A stretch of 64,000 bases of DNA from Rebecca billardiae RCC1528. Lineage: Eukaryota > Protista > Haptophyta. Of the stretch, positions 20,286 through 31,992 are shown piece after piece. The notes under the pieces are model-generated. The model was not told the origin of the DNA and did not search any database. It saw only the letters and a program-made list of their open reading frames with translations. The stretch lies in the NCBI GenBank assembly GCA_965240325.2, contig OZ251226.1, positions 682,001 through 746,000 on the forward strand, read 5' to 3'. The position numbers and the translations under genes were made by a program. The stretch's first letter is position 1. Every line of letters begins with the position of its first letter.

Positions 20286-21314
20286 ATGGCGCCGTCGGCT
20301 GCTCGCGACACTGTCGTCGTCTCCCACACCGTGGGCGGCGATGGGCGCCTGCACACGCGGGTGTTGGGCGCCCTGTCGGCCATCGTGATCTGGGGTGGCG
20401 GCCTATTCCTCGGCCCCGCCGTGCCGCTTCTCATCGTCGGGTGCGCGCTCACGGGCCACCTCGTCACGGCGGCTGTGCTGACCGCTGTGGTGGTCGTGCC
20501 GCTGCTGGTGAAGGTACCCGAGTCGCCGCGCTTCGCCCAGTTCATGATGGCCAGCGCAGGGTGGCTCAAAGGCGGCGCCACCGTCCACTTCACCGCTGAG
20601 GTGCTCGACGCGGGCCCGATCAACGATGGCACGATGGTGTGCTACCACCCGCACGGCCTGCTGCCGTTCGCCTTCCCGCTCAATGGCGCGGTGCGCGCCA
20701 AGACGCGCAAGCCGGAGTACCAGTCGGCGGCGGTGCGCCTCGGGCCGAGGGTGACCGGCGTGCAGGCGCCCGTCCTCTTCCGCATCCCCATCCTCAACCT
20801 CGTGCTCGCGCTGCTCGGCTGCTGCACGCCGGCGACGCGCGACGAGCTCAAGCGGCTGATGCGCGAGCGGCTCACCTTCGGCATCCTGCCGGGCGGGAGC
20901 GAGGAGGTCGCGGTGCACGAGACGGGGGCGGAGGTGGTGTACATCCGCTCCCGCGCGGGCTTCATCAAGTACGCGCTGCAGCACGGCTACCGCATCGTGG
21001 TCGCGTACTCGTTTGGAGAGGCGGAGCTGTACTCGTCGGTGTCGGCGCTGCGCGGCTTCAACCTGTGGCTCGTCAAGCGCTTCGGCTTCGTGCTCCCCGT
21101 CTTCGCGGGCTGGCGCTGGCTCCCGCTGCTGCCGCGGCCGGACGTGCCGCTGAACACCGTGCTCGGCGCGTCGATCCAGCTCCCGCGCATCGAGCACCCG
21201 ACGAGCGACGACGTGAATGAGTGGCACGCCGAGTACGTGCGCGCGCTGCAGCGCGTGTACGAGCAGCACCAGGCGCGGTTCGGCCACGCGGATCGGCCGC
21301 TTGTCGTGCGCTGA
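20286..21314 (+). CDS. DGAT2: Diacylglycerol/monoacylglycerol acyltransferase type 2
   Basis: N-terminal TM helices, CYHPHG, FGILPGGSEE, RAGFIKYALQHG, YSFGE, LPRIEHPT..V..WHAEYVRAL. Intronless. Confidence 0.92.
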   Translation: MAPSAARDTVVVSHTVGGDGRLHTRVLGALSAIVIWGGGLFLGPAVPLLIVGCALTGHLVTAAVLTAVVVVPLLVKVPESPRFAQFMMASAGWLKGGATVHFTAEVLDAGPINDGTMVCYHPHGLLPFAFPLNGAVRAKTRKPEYQSAAVRLGPRVTGVQAPVLFRIPILNLVLALLGCCTPATRDELKRLMRERLTFGILPGGSEEVAVHETGAEVVYIRSRAGFIKYALQHGYRIVVAYSFGEAELYSSVSALRGFNLWLVKRFGFVLPVFAGWRWLPLLPRPDVPLNTVLGASIQLPRIEHPTSDDVNEWHAEYVRALQRVYEQHQARFGHADRPLVVR

Positions 21315-21906
21315 GCGCCGAGGCATGCGAGGGGCGGCGTCGACGCCGCCAGCGCGCGGGGAGCCGCGCCCGCATCACCGGAGCCCTGAGGACCTCGCGC
21401 GGCTATGAGCGCGTGCTTCCGGTCATTGTCGCCCTCACATGCCTGCTGGCGGCGGCAATGCGGTTTGTATGATTGATTGTCTTCCGAGCTCTGACCAACC
21501 GAGGACCGCGCGGCCGACCTCGCCCGCGACGGGCACGGCATGGCGACGACCGGCCGCTGGCGGCCTCGGCTGTGACTCGTGAGTCGTTGGACTCATGCAC
21601 GCGCAGCCCCACCGCCAACCCGGAAGGTCGAACAGCCGTCGTTACTTGTTGCATTCCAAAGGCCGCACGGTGTGCCGTGCCGGCGTGGCCCGTGGCCGTG
21701 GCCGTGGGACTGCCTGGTGCCCACTGGGTGCGGCGTCCCCCGTCCGCGCACCCTGCGGCGCTGTACCGTATAGACTCTAGTAAATCGCAGCATAGCGTAG
21801 CAGACCCGGTATCCGCGTAGAGAGAGTATATATATAGAGCATCATCAGTCATACTCGCGGTCCCAGCGCTGGCCGCGATCGGAAATTTTCGGACGGATGA
21901 CGATAT

Positions 21907-23541
21907 AGATAGGACCGCGTTCCGCGGTCCTTTTCCGTAGAACGAACGTAGTTCGGGGCCCGCGGTGGCGGTGCACCCTCCGTCGCAGTCGTCTATTGAC
22001 AGACCAGTTGCATGCCCGTACAACTAGACTCCAGCGGCGCGCCGCTGCGCCCCGGTGCCGGCGCCGGGCGCGGGCCCATCGCAGCCGCCGGCGCCGGCGC
22101 CCGGATTGTGTACAGGCGGATGCGACGAGGCGTGATCGACGCATGAGCGCGACTCCACGTGCACGCCAGGCCACGTGGAGCTGACAGCCAGGGAACACGG
22201 TGCGGGGCCGCGGATTCGTTCGGGCCGCTGCTGCTCACCGCGCTGTCTGTCGTCACCGCGCGCCGCCGGGCAGCGCCAGGAGTAGATGATTTGCACTGGT
22301 CCGAGTAATAGGGTTCGACCAGCGCCTGCGCGACGGCCGACAGGCGGGCGCGAGGCGTGATCGACGCATGAGCGCAACTCTATCTACGTGCACGCCAGGC
22401 CACGCGGAGCAGACAGCCAGAGGGAGCACTGTGTGTGCCGAGGTGCGACGGGGCACCGGTGATTGTTATTCACTCCGCACGCCGCGGTTGCACTGCACGG
22501 GGTCACGGGGTGACACACCTCGGTCAGGCTCGGCACGCGTCGCAGAGGCACGGCCAGCTCTGGGGACGTCGCGCACCACCGTCGTCCGCGCCGCAGCTCG
22601 TCCTCCTAGGTCCGCCCGTCCAGCGCTGCAGACAGACTTGCCGGCGCGGGCCGAGAGTGCCGGCACGGAACAGATCGATGGATTCGGGTTGGCGCGCCTG
22701 CTCTGAAGAAGAGTTCTGGGAGACCCTGGCGGAGAGGCATGACAAGGGGGGCGTGTGGTGAAGTCGGAGACTCAGAGATCGATCAGTCCGGCATCAGTCA
22801 GGCGCCGCTGCCCCCGAGCTTGCGAGAGCCCGAACAAAGGGCGGCGGCTGCTGGCGCCGGCTCGGACGCGCGGCCCCGGCCGCGCAGGCATCGATCGACA
22901 GGGCGGCAGGGGCGCGCGGAGTGACTAGTGAGCGGGGCACGAACACGATGTCGACGGCCGTCGGGACCCGCCGCAGACGCGCGCTCCAGGCGCCACTGGC
23001 CGCGCGCACCTGCCCATCGCCCGCCCTTGCCCTTGGAGGCGAGAGTCAGCGCGGCGCCCTCGCCACCTCCGCCAACGGGCTCAATCAAACCTGCTGCCTT
23101 GCGACGACGGCATCAAGTTTTGAGGCTCGCCAGCTGGTGCGTCGATCAGTGACTATGAAATGGGCTGGCGACGAATAGCTGCGGGTATTTTTCAATGTCT
23201 CGCAGTATTGGAGTTGGTGAGAGTCGTTCTTGCGGCGGCGAGGCCCATATTTATTTACTATGGTCACACATGAACGACTGAGTCCACCCGTAATTACTCA
23301 CCCTGGCACACTTGGGCGTGGGTTTCGTTGATTCATCTGTTCACTATTCAAGACGGCGGACGCGCCCTTTTTCGACGAGGATGCACCTGTAAGGGAGTCT
23401 CAAAATTCGAAACTCGGTCTCCTCCAGCCCTGAAAATCGTCCCCCGTCCCTTTTTTCTTTGATCAAAGATCTTTTTGAAACGTGGTTCGGGCCCGCTGGT
23501 GCGGGCTCCACGCTGCGCGCTCCGCCCTGCACCGCGGGCCA
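21907..23541 (-). mobile_element. Helentron/Helitron2-like non-autonomous element, copy B
   Basis: 5' end at 23541 (TGGCCCGCGGTGCAGGGCGG on the minus strand); subterminal IR GGCCCGCGGTG at 21957-21967; hairpin AGGACCGCG-TTC-CGCGGTCCT at 21911-21931. Internal segment ~22489-22660 matches ~63825-63995 inverted. Confidence 0.72.
22112..22430 (+). repeat. Imperfect ~90-nt direct repeat inside element copy B
   Basis: CGAGGCGTGATCGACGCATGAGCGC...ACGTGCACGCCAGGCCACG at ~22126 and ~22351. Confidence 0.85.
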
Positions 23542-23737
23542 TTATAGCTAGGCCGCGGACCGACCGCCCGTCCGCCGGACGGTCCGGCGGTCATCCGCTC
23601 CGAGGATGTCAGGAGACAGGATGACGTCTTGACGACGAACTAATAAGTGACTATAACTACGCCGCGAGTAACGAGTGGCGACAGTCGTCGTCGTCGTGAT
23701 TACTAGTAGACTCAGATTATACGGAGTCGTACGCTCG

Positions 23738-23738
<1 letters not shown>

Positions 23739-23825
<87 letters not shown>
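23739..23825. repeat. Compound microsatellite (CA)n(TA)n
   Basis: Directly visible. Confidence 0.99.
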
Positions 23826-24502
23826 GTGGGGTTATTGGTACAATAACTGATTGTCTAAGAGGACGACAAGAACGCCGGGCGCCAGCGCCGCTCATCAGCC
23901 ACATCGCCCTCTACCAGACCATCGCCTCAAAGGGCGCTGCTCCCGGACAAACAGTCTGTCCGGGTTGTTCTGCCGCCCAGGAGATCGGTCATTCCGGCGC
24001 CGGCCTCTGCCGCCTGCTTCGCCAGGCGCGGCGTGCGAGATGGCTCCAGCCAAGCTCGTCCTGCGTCGCCGGCGGCGGCGGCTCGCACGCGGGTGGCGCG
24101 TCGCGTGCACCGACCAACATCGCGCACCGCGTCTCGTCGACGGCGAGCGGCATGCCCACCGCATCTGCTGCCGCTCGCCAAGGCATGAGGACACGTAAAT
24201 CCCACTGAGTAGGAACACACGCAGCCGCCTCGGCATCGACATGCCAGGCGGCGTGCCCACCTTCGGCCAGCAGTTGGCGTCGGCGTTCACGAGGACGGCT
24301 AGACATATATATATATCACAATCGACGAAAGTGATGCTCGCGCTGATGCAGTAGTAGTCACGCTTATCAGGCTCAAACAGTCTGCTTAGACAACGGTACA
24401 CTATACAAATGTGTATACTCACATCTGATCACAGATGCTCCACCCGGGACCGATCCTACGAGCCGCGACGAGTCCCACTTCGCTGCCGAGTGAAGCTACT
24501 GA

Positions 24503-26200
24503 CTACTCAGCCTTGGGCCGTGGACTTGCAGCGCTTGCGGGCGCGTTGCGATTGGCATGCGCGTTGCACAGCACCCCGGCGAGGAATGGCAGCGCGAAGG
24601 CGACAAGTGCTGCCAACGTGAGCGCCTCCGGAGGGCTGCCGAGCGCGATGGCGAGCGGCAGCGGCAGGTAGGCGCTGCTCCGGGCGCCGGACAGCGCGAC
24701 GATCGCACCGGCCGCCGCCGAGGCGACGTACACGGCGAGGTCGAGCGCACGGTCGCGCTCGAGGAATGGGAAGCACGCCTCGATGTAGTCGCCGTACAGG
24801 AGGTTGATGCGCACACCGCGGCGGGCGAGGGCGCGCTCGGCGTCCGCCGTCGCGCCGTGGACCCGCGGCGCGGCCAGCTGCGCCGCGCACGCGCCGGCGC
24901 TCGTCACGCACAGGGTGAGGAGGTCAAGCGCGCCGCACAGCGCGAAGCTGCCGACCTCCATCTCCGCGATCACGAGCGGCAGAAAGAGCGTGTGGTACGC
25001 GCCGCGGCGCGAGCCCCAGTTGAACACGACGCCGACCAGCGCGCCGCACGCCGTCACGTTCACCAGCGCGACCGTGGACGGGTCGACGCCAACGCCGCCC
25101 AGATAGGCGTCGAGCACGGCGCGCAGGGCGGCCGTGGCGGCGCGGCCGAGCGGGGCGAGGGCGTACGCGCACGCGCCGCACGCGAGCGCGACGCCGCCGC
25201 TCACGCTGATCGTCGCCGCCGTCGCCGGGATCGCCATGCGCGCGCACAGCGCCAGCGCGCGCGGCGCCAGCTCGCCGAACAGCGACGCGAGGACAAACGC
25301 ACACAGCAGGGACTCGCCGCTGAGCGCGCCGATCAGGGCGCCGCCCATCATGCCGATCTCGCCGAGCCCGGAGCGCTGGTGCGCGGCGATCGCTCCGATG
25401 CCGGGCACGAGCGCGCGCGCGCCCAGCGCCTCGCGAAGCCCGCCGATCGAGACGGGCGCGATCGGCGCGAGCAGGTCGAGCGCGGTGCGCGTGCACGCGA
25501 CACACAGCGCAACAGGCAGGCACCCATCGATCACGGAGTGCCACTGCAGGCCGCTCGAGCGAGCCTTGGGCGTGTACGGCACCTGCCACGCGCCGGCGAG
25601 CGCGGCGGCGATGCCGATGGCCTTGGAGTGCGCCGTGGTCGCAACAGACCCGCCCGCATTGCCCACCAGCTGGCAGCCGAGCTCCGACGCCGCGACAGCG
25701 AGGCCAGATCCGCCCGTGCCCGCCACCGGGAGGCCGAGCCGACCGGCTGCGGCGAGGGCGCGCCGGTTGACGCCGCCTTCGCGCGCGTCTGCTGAGACGG
25801 ACACGATGCCGTCAAAGTCGACGATCTTGCCGGCAAGCGCCACATCGACGTCGCGCGCCCGCGCGTTCACCTCGCTGAGCGTGCCCTCGAAGACGCAGCG
25901 CAGGTTGTCCGAACGCGCCCCCGTCAACTCGCCCGCGAGCCAAAGCGCCGCGCGCACGTCCCCTGACGCAGTGTCGAGGGCCTCGTTGCACACGACGACC
26001 TGTGCAGCGGCGATGCGCACGCCACGATCCCCACCGATCGCCGCGAGCTGAGCTGTCAGCACCCTCTCCAGGGCCGTCGGGTCGGTGTGTCCCAGTGTGG
26101 CCGCGCCTCCGCCCGACGAGCCAATCAGCAGCACCGCCCGATCGGCACGCCCGCTGCGGCGTGGGGATCGGCGAGCAGGCGAGTCTTGGGAGATGCTCAT
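24503..26200 (-). CDS. Multi-pass membrane protein similar to a bacterial 'PTS sugar transporter' EIIC-like family with a soluble N-terminal domain
   Basis: LIGSSGGG, DGIVSVSAD..VN, PVAGTGGS, GSVATT..SKAI, GAYHTLFLPLVIAEME, GALDLLTL, INLLYGDYIEACFPF and SAYLP parallel the bacterial GSSGGN.../GVYHAAILPL/INLGFGTFVE motifs as I recall them. Many hydrophobic helices; intronless. Confidence 0.75.
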   Translation of the reverse strand: MSISQDSPARRSPRRSGRADRAVLLIGSSGGGAATLGHTDPTALERVLTAQLAAIGGDRGVRIAAAQVVVCNEALDTASGDVRAALWLAGELTGARSDNLRCVFEGTLSEVNARARDVDVALAGKIVDFDGIVSVSADAREGGVNRRALAAAGRLGLPVAGTGGSGLAVAASELGCQLVGNAGGSVATTAHSKAIGIAAALAGAWQVPYTPKARSSGLQWHSVIDGCLPVALCVACTRTALDLLAPIAPVSIGGLREALGARALVPGIGAIAAHQRSGLGEIGMMGGALIGALSGESLLCAFVLASLFGELAPRALALCARMAIPATAATISVSGGVALACGACAYALAPLGRAATAALRAVLDAYLGGVGVDPSTVALVNVTACGALVGVVFNWGSRRGAYHTLFLPLVIAEMEVGSFALCGALDLLTLCVTSAGACAAQLAAPRVHGATADAERALARRGVRINLLYGDYIEACFPFLERDRALDLAVYVASAAAGAIVALSGARSSAYLPLPLAIALGSPPEALTLAALVAFALPFLAGVLCNAHANRNAPASAASPRPKAE

Positions 26201-26891
26201 CGTCCTGCACACCTGCTAGGAGTAGTTGTTCGGCAGTCGGTCGCGCGCACGGCCTAGCGCACAGCCGAGCCGAAGGCGGGGCGGTCCTGACGTGGCGTCG
26301 AGTTTCGGCAAACTGAATTGATTTGGACCGGACGGAGCGGTATAGTTGTTCAGTACGCGCCCGGACTTGGCGCAGTGCCAGTACTAGTAAGTGCCACTGA
26401 GTCAGCTCATGATCAGAGTCAGACATCACACTCTGTCTGTGACTCCGACGATGAACTCAGGTCCGAGGACGTGCGGAGGACGTGAGGTCGACGACGCACC
26501 GCCTCGGATCCAGCTTGACATTGGAACCTGTTGGGATTACCGCGAGCTCCGAGCGTTTCCGACGAGCCTTGCTAATAAAGGCAAAGCTCACCGGCACACT
26601 CAACGCCCTCTTCGATGCGCACCCCTGGCCGCGTCAGCTCAACAGAACCCTGTCTGTGTAGGCCACGGCGACTAGCCAGCAGGCCCGCGGCCGTGCCCCC
26701 ACACCACAGCAGCGAGCATGTCCCGCCGCCTGCAGTTGGCGCCGGCCGCCTGGAAGCGCCGCCAGCTGGTGCGAACACTCGTAGTAAGTAACACCCGGAC
26801 GGCCACGAGGCGCGGCAACTGCGGCCTTCCGCCTTCGCAGCGTCGCACGCGCGTCCGGACCGGGCGCTTCGGCGGGTGCGCCGGGGAGCGC

Positions 26892-27788
26892 TCACAGGAA
26901 GAAGCGCCTGCGGCTCGTGTCCATGTCGGGCTTGTGCAGCCACTCATAGAGCCCGTGCTGCGTGTCAAAGGTGCCCACCTGCAGCGAGCGCAGCCGCAGC
27001 GTGAAGCGCGGGCCGAGCTCCTGGAGGTACGCGCGGCTGCCCGACTCGTTGAAGACGTACCGGTGGTGCCGGATGAACACAAAGTCGCGCTGGTTGTGCA
27101 CCGTCACCACGCGCCGGCCGAGGAACTGCGGGTCGTGCGGGAAGAGCGAGCCGAAGAGCCGGCCCACGCGGTGGCCGAGCCGCGTGCCAAAGTTGTTCAG
27201 CACGAGCTCGGGCCGGTGGGCGGTTGGGCGACCGTGGTTCCGGATCTGCTTGCGCAGGCGCACCGACGTCATCCGGAAGTGCGCGGTCGGCCCTTCGGGC
27301 AGCTTCACCATCCACAGGCCGGTGGGCTTCTTGGCCTTGGCGGTGACGACCATCATCATCGTGTACCCACGCTCGCCCGCGCCCTTCACGATCGGCTTGA
27401 TCTCGGACGTGCCGCGCTTGCGGTACTCCGAGTTGGGGAAGAGGTCGAGCAGCTCGTTCACGATCGCCATGATCTCAGGCGACGTGTAGTGGCCCGTGGT
27501 GATCAGCGTCTTGCACGCCGCGCCCGCAAAGTGCTCGGCAAACTCATCCATCGCGTCCTCGCCCTGCACCTCGTCGTCGTCTGGGCGGACGACCGTCTCG
27601 TCGTACTCGCGGAGCGTGTCGAGGGATTTGGGCACCTGCTTCGGGGGCGCCTCGGCGCCCAGAGCCTCGGCCTCCTTGCGTCGCGCCTCCTGCCGCGCGC
27701 GCTTCTCCTTACGCTTCACGGCCTTCTCCTTGTGTGCGAGCTCGGAGCGCTTCACGCGGTTGAGCACGTCAGGCTTGACCTTCCCCAT
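26892..27788 (-). CDS. RPF1: Ribosome production factor 1 (Brix domain)
   Basis: PKQVPKSLDTLREYDET, LPEGPTAHF, HRPELVLNNFGTRLGHRVGRLFGSLFP, HNQRDFVFIRHHRYVF, LQELGPRFTLRL, SRRRFFL. Confidence 0.96.
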   Translation of the reverse strand: MGKVKPDVLNRVKRSELAHKEKAVKRKEKRARQEARRKEAEALGAEAPPKQVPKSLDTLREYDETVVRPDDDEVQGEDAMDEFAEHFAGAACKTLITTGHYTSPEIMAIVNELLDLFPNSEYRKRGTSEIKPIVKGAGERGYTMMMVVTAKAKKPTGLWMVKLPEGPTAHFRMTSVRLRKQIRNHGRPTAHRPELVLNNFGTRLGHRVGRLFGSLFPHDPQFLGRRVVTVHNQRDFVFIRHHRYVFNESGSRAYLQELGPRFTLRLRSLQVGTFDTQHGLYEWLHKPDMDTSRRRFFL

Positions 27789-28174
27789 GGGTGGCCGCTC
27801 GTTCGACGAGTCTGGACGGGGCGCGCAGCAGCGCTGCGGCTCGCTGACAAGGCCAACAGCCAGCCAGCTCCTGGTCCGCTACGCGGCCCGGCGACGACGA
27901 CGACGACGTCACCCGGTGGCGCTGGCTCCGCTTCACGGAACGCAGCGCAGTTGCTGGCTTCGAAATGGATTTCAGATTCCTCGGTGAAAGAAGGCTCCAT
28001 CAAAGCAACATTTGCAACTCCGACTGCCCCATTGTAACACATCGGAACCCTGCGACTGCTGACCAGTGCCACGAGTCACGACGCTGGCGACGTGGCCTAC
28101 ATCACGCTTTGAGTTGCCAAGTGACGTGTCCTACCACTGGACAGACCTGCCACTGCTGCTGGTCTTCGGCAGGG

Positions 28175-29017
28175 TCATGCCGGCGCCGGCGCCGCTGGGA
28201 CGAGAGCCAGCACTCGACAAGGAGCTTCTGGGGCGCCCGCGAGTTTGGCGGGTGCGATCACTGCTGTCGCACCGCGTACGGGAATGCGGGCGCCCCCCGC
28301 GGCGCTGCGGGCGCCAAGGTGCCGCTCGCCGTCGGCAGCACGCGCTTCCAACGGCTCGACACTCTCGAGGTTCAGATTCTCGACGATGTACTTGCCTGCG
28401 CCCAGCACCGCGTGGTGCACTGCAAAGCCCTCCTCTGCGGCGCCCGGGTCGGGGGAGAGCGTGTCAATGCCCACGCCGCACACGTGGCGCTCCGACAGCA
28501 GCCAGGTCGCCGCCGCGGAGGAGAGGCCCGGGAAATGCATCCGGGGCAGACCGTACGCTTGCGAGATGTCGGCTGCGTCCGTGATGTTGGCATAGCGCTC
28601 GGGCGACGCGTACCGTGCTCCCCAGCCTGTGCGGATGCAGACAAACGCGCGCGCGGGGATGGCACCGTGTCTGGCTTCGTCGTCGAGGAGCGCGCTCGTT
28701 GGGACGGCGTAGTCGGCGTTGTTGGCGCATGCTTCGCTCACATCGATGATCACGAGCGGGCAGACCAGACTCTCAGGGTCGAGCTGGTCCACAGTCGCAC
28801 CGCCAGGGACAAAATGGCTCGGGGCATCGATGTGTGTGCCATCGCCACCGTTCAGCTCAAAGGCCTGCTTCGAGCGCGCGCGCGGCGGGCGCGTGCTCGA
28901 GGGCTCGAGTAGAACCGTGCGCCGGAGCGGGCAAACCGTCGGCCAATGCGCCGAGTGCTCGGAGAGTGTCCAGGAGCAGTCCACCACTGTGTCCGCGCGG
29001 GAGGCCGCGGCCGCCAT
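28175..29017 (-). CDS. Cyclase family (kynurenine formamidase / isatin hydrolase-like) protein
   Basis: GTHIDAPSHF, CIRTGW, HFPGLS, GIDTLSPD, VHHAVLGAGKYIVENL, GAPEAPCRVLA. Confidence 0.9.
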   Translation of the reverse strand: MAAAASRADTVVDCSWTLSEHSAHWPTVCPLRRTVLLEPSSTRPPRARSKQAFELNGGDGTHIDAPSHFVPGGATVDQLDPESLVCPLVIIDVSEACANNADYAVPTSALLDDEARHGAIPARAFVCIRTGWGARYASPERYANITDAADISQAYGLPRMHFPGLSSAAATWLLSERHVCGVGIDTLSPDPGAAEEGFAVHHAVLGAGKYIVENLNLESVEPLEARAADGERHLGARSAAGGARIPVRGATAVIAPAKLAGAPEAPCRVLALVPAAPAPA

Positions 29018-29110
29018 CGTGAACGTTACTGATTCGAGGGAGGCGGCAGCGGGGCCGCGGGCCGCGGCGGAGACAGAAGCAGTCGACAAGCGTCGCGGGG
29101 CGGGGCTGCC

Positions 29111-30014
29111 ATGCTCGGGCCGCCGCCGCTGGCGCCGCGCGGCACGGGCTGGCCGGGTGGCGCGTACCCGGTTGGCGCGGGATCCCGACCGCACTCGCTG
29201 CCGTCCTCCTTCTCCTACAACGCGTCGAGGGGACACCTGCTGCCACCCGGGCGCATCAGGCCGTCATCGTCGTCCCGCACGGACCCAGAGCCGCGCTACC
29301 CGAGCCGCGTGGCGCGCGCTCATGGCTCGACGGCGCCCATGCTGAGGGAGGGGATCCTGCCGATCCCCATCCCAGCACTCTCCGGCTTGCGGTGGCCGGG
29401 AGGCGCGCAGTCCAAAGCTGGCGCGCGCAACCCGCGCCGCCCGATGACGGCTGGCAGCTCCTACATGTCCTCGTCTGCGGGCAGTCGGCTCGCGCCCTCG
29501 GGCGGGCGTCCGCCCCGACTGGCGGCGAAGGGCTTCTCCGCCCCGGTCTCGCGCGTGCAGTCGGCTGGCCGGCGCGGGGGCCCGCTCCTGAGCCCGCACG
29601 CTCGGCTCGCGCCCAGGCTGGGGCCGGTCGGCGGCGGCGGCGTGGCCGCGCCATCGATTGTGGGCTGGGAGCCGGACCTGCTGGGGATGCACCTGCTGCG
29701 CTGCGTGCGCGCGCGCGAGGACGCGGTGCGGCTGGTCGTGCGCTTCGCGCAGGGCGTCGTGCCCGAGCGCTCGCTCTCCATGCGCAACCTCCACCCGCTC
29801 CGGCAGAAGCTGCGCGCCGATCTCGCGCACCAGCTGGGCGTGCTTAGACTCACCACCCTGGACGTGGCCGAGGCGCTGATGGTCTGGGAGCAGCACGCGG
29901 GTGCGCGCGCGGCGGGCGCGGGCGCGCGTGCGCGGGGCGCGCGCTCGCCCCAGGGGCACGCCCGCGCCCCCTCGCCCGCGCGGCCTCTCACGCTGCGTGT
30001 GTGTGCGCACGCCG

Positions 30015-30055
<41 letters not shown>

Positions 30056-31636
30056 GCCCTGTGCCCTGTGCTCTTGCCCTGTGCCCTGTGCAGGCTTGCC
30101 CTACCTGCTCGGCGCCCTGCCGCTTCCCGCAGACGGACCGCTCACGTACGCGCGAATCCTGAGCTTGATGACTGCGCCGGCGCTGCCGCTCCCGCTCGAC
30201 GGCGACCCGTTGCTCCTCCGCTGGTTTGTGGAGCTGGAAAGTCAGCTGAGCTGCCCGCACGCGCCTCACTTCCTGCCGTCGCGCGTGCACCCGCCCGCGG
30301 AGCTCGAGCGCATGCGCGCGGCGCACACGTACCTGACGACGCCCAAGTGGGACGCGCAGGGCGGGCTGTTCGACCTGACGCGGCTGCCGAGCGCGCAAGA
30401 TGCGCCGCCGCCGCCGCCCGCGCCCGCGCCCGCCACGGACGCGGCCGCTCTGCCGCCGGACAGAGGCGCCCTGGCGGGCGCCCCTAGCGCGGAGGCCGCC
30501 CCGGCTGACGCCCCGGCAGGAGCGGCGGACGCGGGCGGCGGCGAGGGCGAGGGCGAGGGCGCCCCCACCGCCGAGCGCGCGAGCGAGGCCGAGGGTGAGG
30601 GCGGGGATGCCGACGACCCCTCTGCGCGCGAGCAGCAGCCGAGCGCCTCGCCCTCCTCCCTCGCGCTCCCGGCCGCACAGCCGTCCACCGCCACCGCGAC
30701 CAGCTCACACCCCGAGCCACCGAGCGCGACGCCCAACCTGTCGGTACTGCCCACGATCAACTCGATGTCCAAGCTGCCGCACGGCCGCGCGGCGTCGAGC
30801 GTCGGGACCAAGCTCGAGATCCTCTTGTACGGTTCGGTGCACGGCTACGAGCGCCAGCAGTGGCGGCTGCACGAGGCCCACCACTTCCGCTCGGCGCAGA
30901 TGCTCCAGGCGCGCGTGCGCGGCCGGACGGGCCGCGCGCGCGCGCGCGCCGAGGCGGACCGGCGTGCGGAGCTGCGGCTGCGCAACGACCCGCGCGTGAC
31001 CGCGCTGGCGATCCGGCAGCGGCGGATCAAGCACCGGCTCTCGCAGGTGCACACCGAGCTCGAGCAGCTCGACGCGCACGCCGACGATCTCGCCGACGAG
31101 TGGCACGAGCGCGAGACGGCGCGCGCGCAGCTGCACGGCCGGCGCATCGAGCTCGAGACCGAGTTGGCGCAGCTCGAGCGCGCGGTGAGCGCGCGCGCGA
31201 TCCTCACGATCCAGGCGTCGTTCCTGCGCTTCAAGGCGATCCTGCGCACGCGGCGCATGCGGCTGGCGCGGGAGGAGCGCATGGCGCGGACCATCCAGCG
31301 CGTGCAGCGCGGCCACGTCGTGCGCAGCCAGTACCGCCATCTCAAGGTGCGGTACACCGCGGCGCGGCCCGGGGCGCGCGCGCGCCGCGCGCCGCGCCGC
31401 GCGTGCCGCCCGCCCTGCCGCCCTCCGACCCGTCCCCCACGCACGCGGCTGTGCTCACCCCGCGCCGCACCCCGCGCGTGGCGCAGGCGCACGAGAGGCT
31501 CGACCTCGTCGAGCGCGAGCTCGCGTGGATCGAGCAGCTCGAGCACGACGCGGCCGTGCAGGTGCAACGGGTTGCGCGCGGGATGGTGGTCAGGCGCAAG
31601 ACCAACGAGGCCAACGCGGCGCGCCGGCAGCAGTAG
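29111..31636 (+). CDS. Hypothetical IQ-motif/coiled-coil protein; introns 29901-30093 and 31347-31486
   Basis: IQ-like motifs LQARVRGRTGR, IQRVQRGHVVR, VQRVARGMVVR. The GT-AG introns join three ORF frames in phase. Start codon uncertain (29111, 29339 or 29444). Confidence 0.7.
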
Positions 31637-31992
31637 GCTGCCGGCGGCCGCCGCCAGATGATTCATGTAGTATGGTCCCTCGCCGCCGGGGCAGGGTCCG
31701 GGATCGCAGCAGACATTACGGAGCGTGTCTCGGCAGTGTGCAACAACACGGCAGACTCGTGGGTGGGCCCCGGTCGCGATCTTTGAGACTAAGGCATCTC
31801 GTCCGTGTCCGTGATGCCGAGTGATGATGCATGATGACGACTGTCTTCATGCGCAATCGGACCAAGTGTGAGTGTACTACTCCCATACAGTACGACTATA
31901 CAATACAGTAGCAGCGCTAAGACAGTAGTAGTAACATTCTCTTTGCGGTCATGCATCAGCTGCGCGCGAGTGCAGTCCGAGTGCAGTCGGGA

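Noticed and set aside
23675-24422. ORFs with [18 protein letters not shown] runs (also 62051-62837)
   Set aside because: Translations of microsatellites.
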